DNA from: Azolla caroliniana
Taxonomy: Eukaryota; Plantae; Polypodiophyta
Reading direction: 5' to 3'
Length of the DNA: 64,000 bases
NCBI GenBank assembly: GCA_043228905.1
Contig: JBHGNT010000008.1
Span: 10,292,001-10,356,000 of the forward strand
The translations under genes were made by a program, and so were the position numbers. The notes beneath the pieces are model-generated. The model had not been told where the DNA came from, searched no databases, and saw only the letters and a program-made list of their open reading frames with translations. Shown in pieces: positions 63,697-64,000 of the stretch (position 1 is the stretch's first letter; every line of letters starts with the position of its first letter).

Positions 63697-64000
63697 TGTT
63701 AGACATTTGTAAATACAAGACTAAAGCCTTGTAAAATTTTGTGTTTACAGGGTGTAAGTAAGAATTTGAACCTTCCACCTCGTAGATAAGATCCAAATGA
63801 CTTACCACTAAACTAAGTCATGACTTTAAAGTTATACTTTTATCATTATAGTTTTCATATGTAAGATCTCATACATGAGAGCTTGGATGAGTGACATGGC
63901 AAACATGCATCGCATGCATTTCATGCATTATGTGCATGTCTTGCACCCTCACATGCATCATATGCATGGGGGCATCTATAAAAGAATGGAGGAATCAAGC
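63697..64000 (+). mobile_element. Probable start of another LTR (runs off-window) containing an antisense tRNA-like module
   Basis: TGTTAG start; 63750-63815 is homologous to 57822-57886; CATG-rich tract; CTATAAAAG at ~63976. Confidence 0.45.

Noticed and set aside
63536-63808. 90-aa ORF as a host gene
   Set aside because: No recognisable domain, and it overlaps a probable LTR start.
63900-63970. CATGCA (RY-like) motif cluster, also present in the G LTRs
   Set aside because: Short motifs that arise readily by CpG decay; a regulatory role cannot be supported from sequence alone.

Overview
This is eukaryotic, almost certainly land-plant, heterochromatin-like DNA. A fern or other non-seed plant is my inference from the element lineages; I see no host gene. 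Nearly the whole window is nested LTR retrotransposons, most delimited by TG..CA termini, PBS/PPT and target-site duplications (TSDs). Labels used below: A = 3' end of a chromovirus Gypsy (+). B = same family (-, 1641-33053), holding a solo LTR and C. C = non-chromovirus Gypsy (8192-32162), holding Copia D and the Trp-primed gag-only element E. E holds F, a very young gag-PR element. G = Bianca-type Copia (33999-49638), holding Tcn1-like Gypsy H, which holds Tork-like Copia I. A spliced DNA-transposase relic holds Copia J in its intron, and J holds chimeric element K. At the right end, truncated N (Trp-primed) is fused to truncated Copia O. The strongest unusual signal: C and K have no polypurine tract next to the 3' LTR. 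In its place is a conserved, covarying, tRNA-3'-half-like structure ending in CCA, while a normal tRNA PBS sits at the other end, suggesting a non-canonical way of priming the plus strand. Also notable: antisense tRNA-spaced Pol III A/B boxes in the U3 of unrelated LTR families, and a tRNA-Trp-primed family with a 4-bp TSD. All coordinates and alignments were read by eye, and tRNA identities are from memory.
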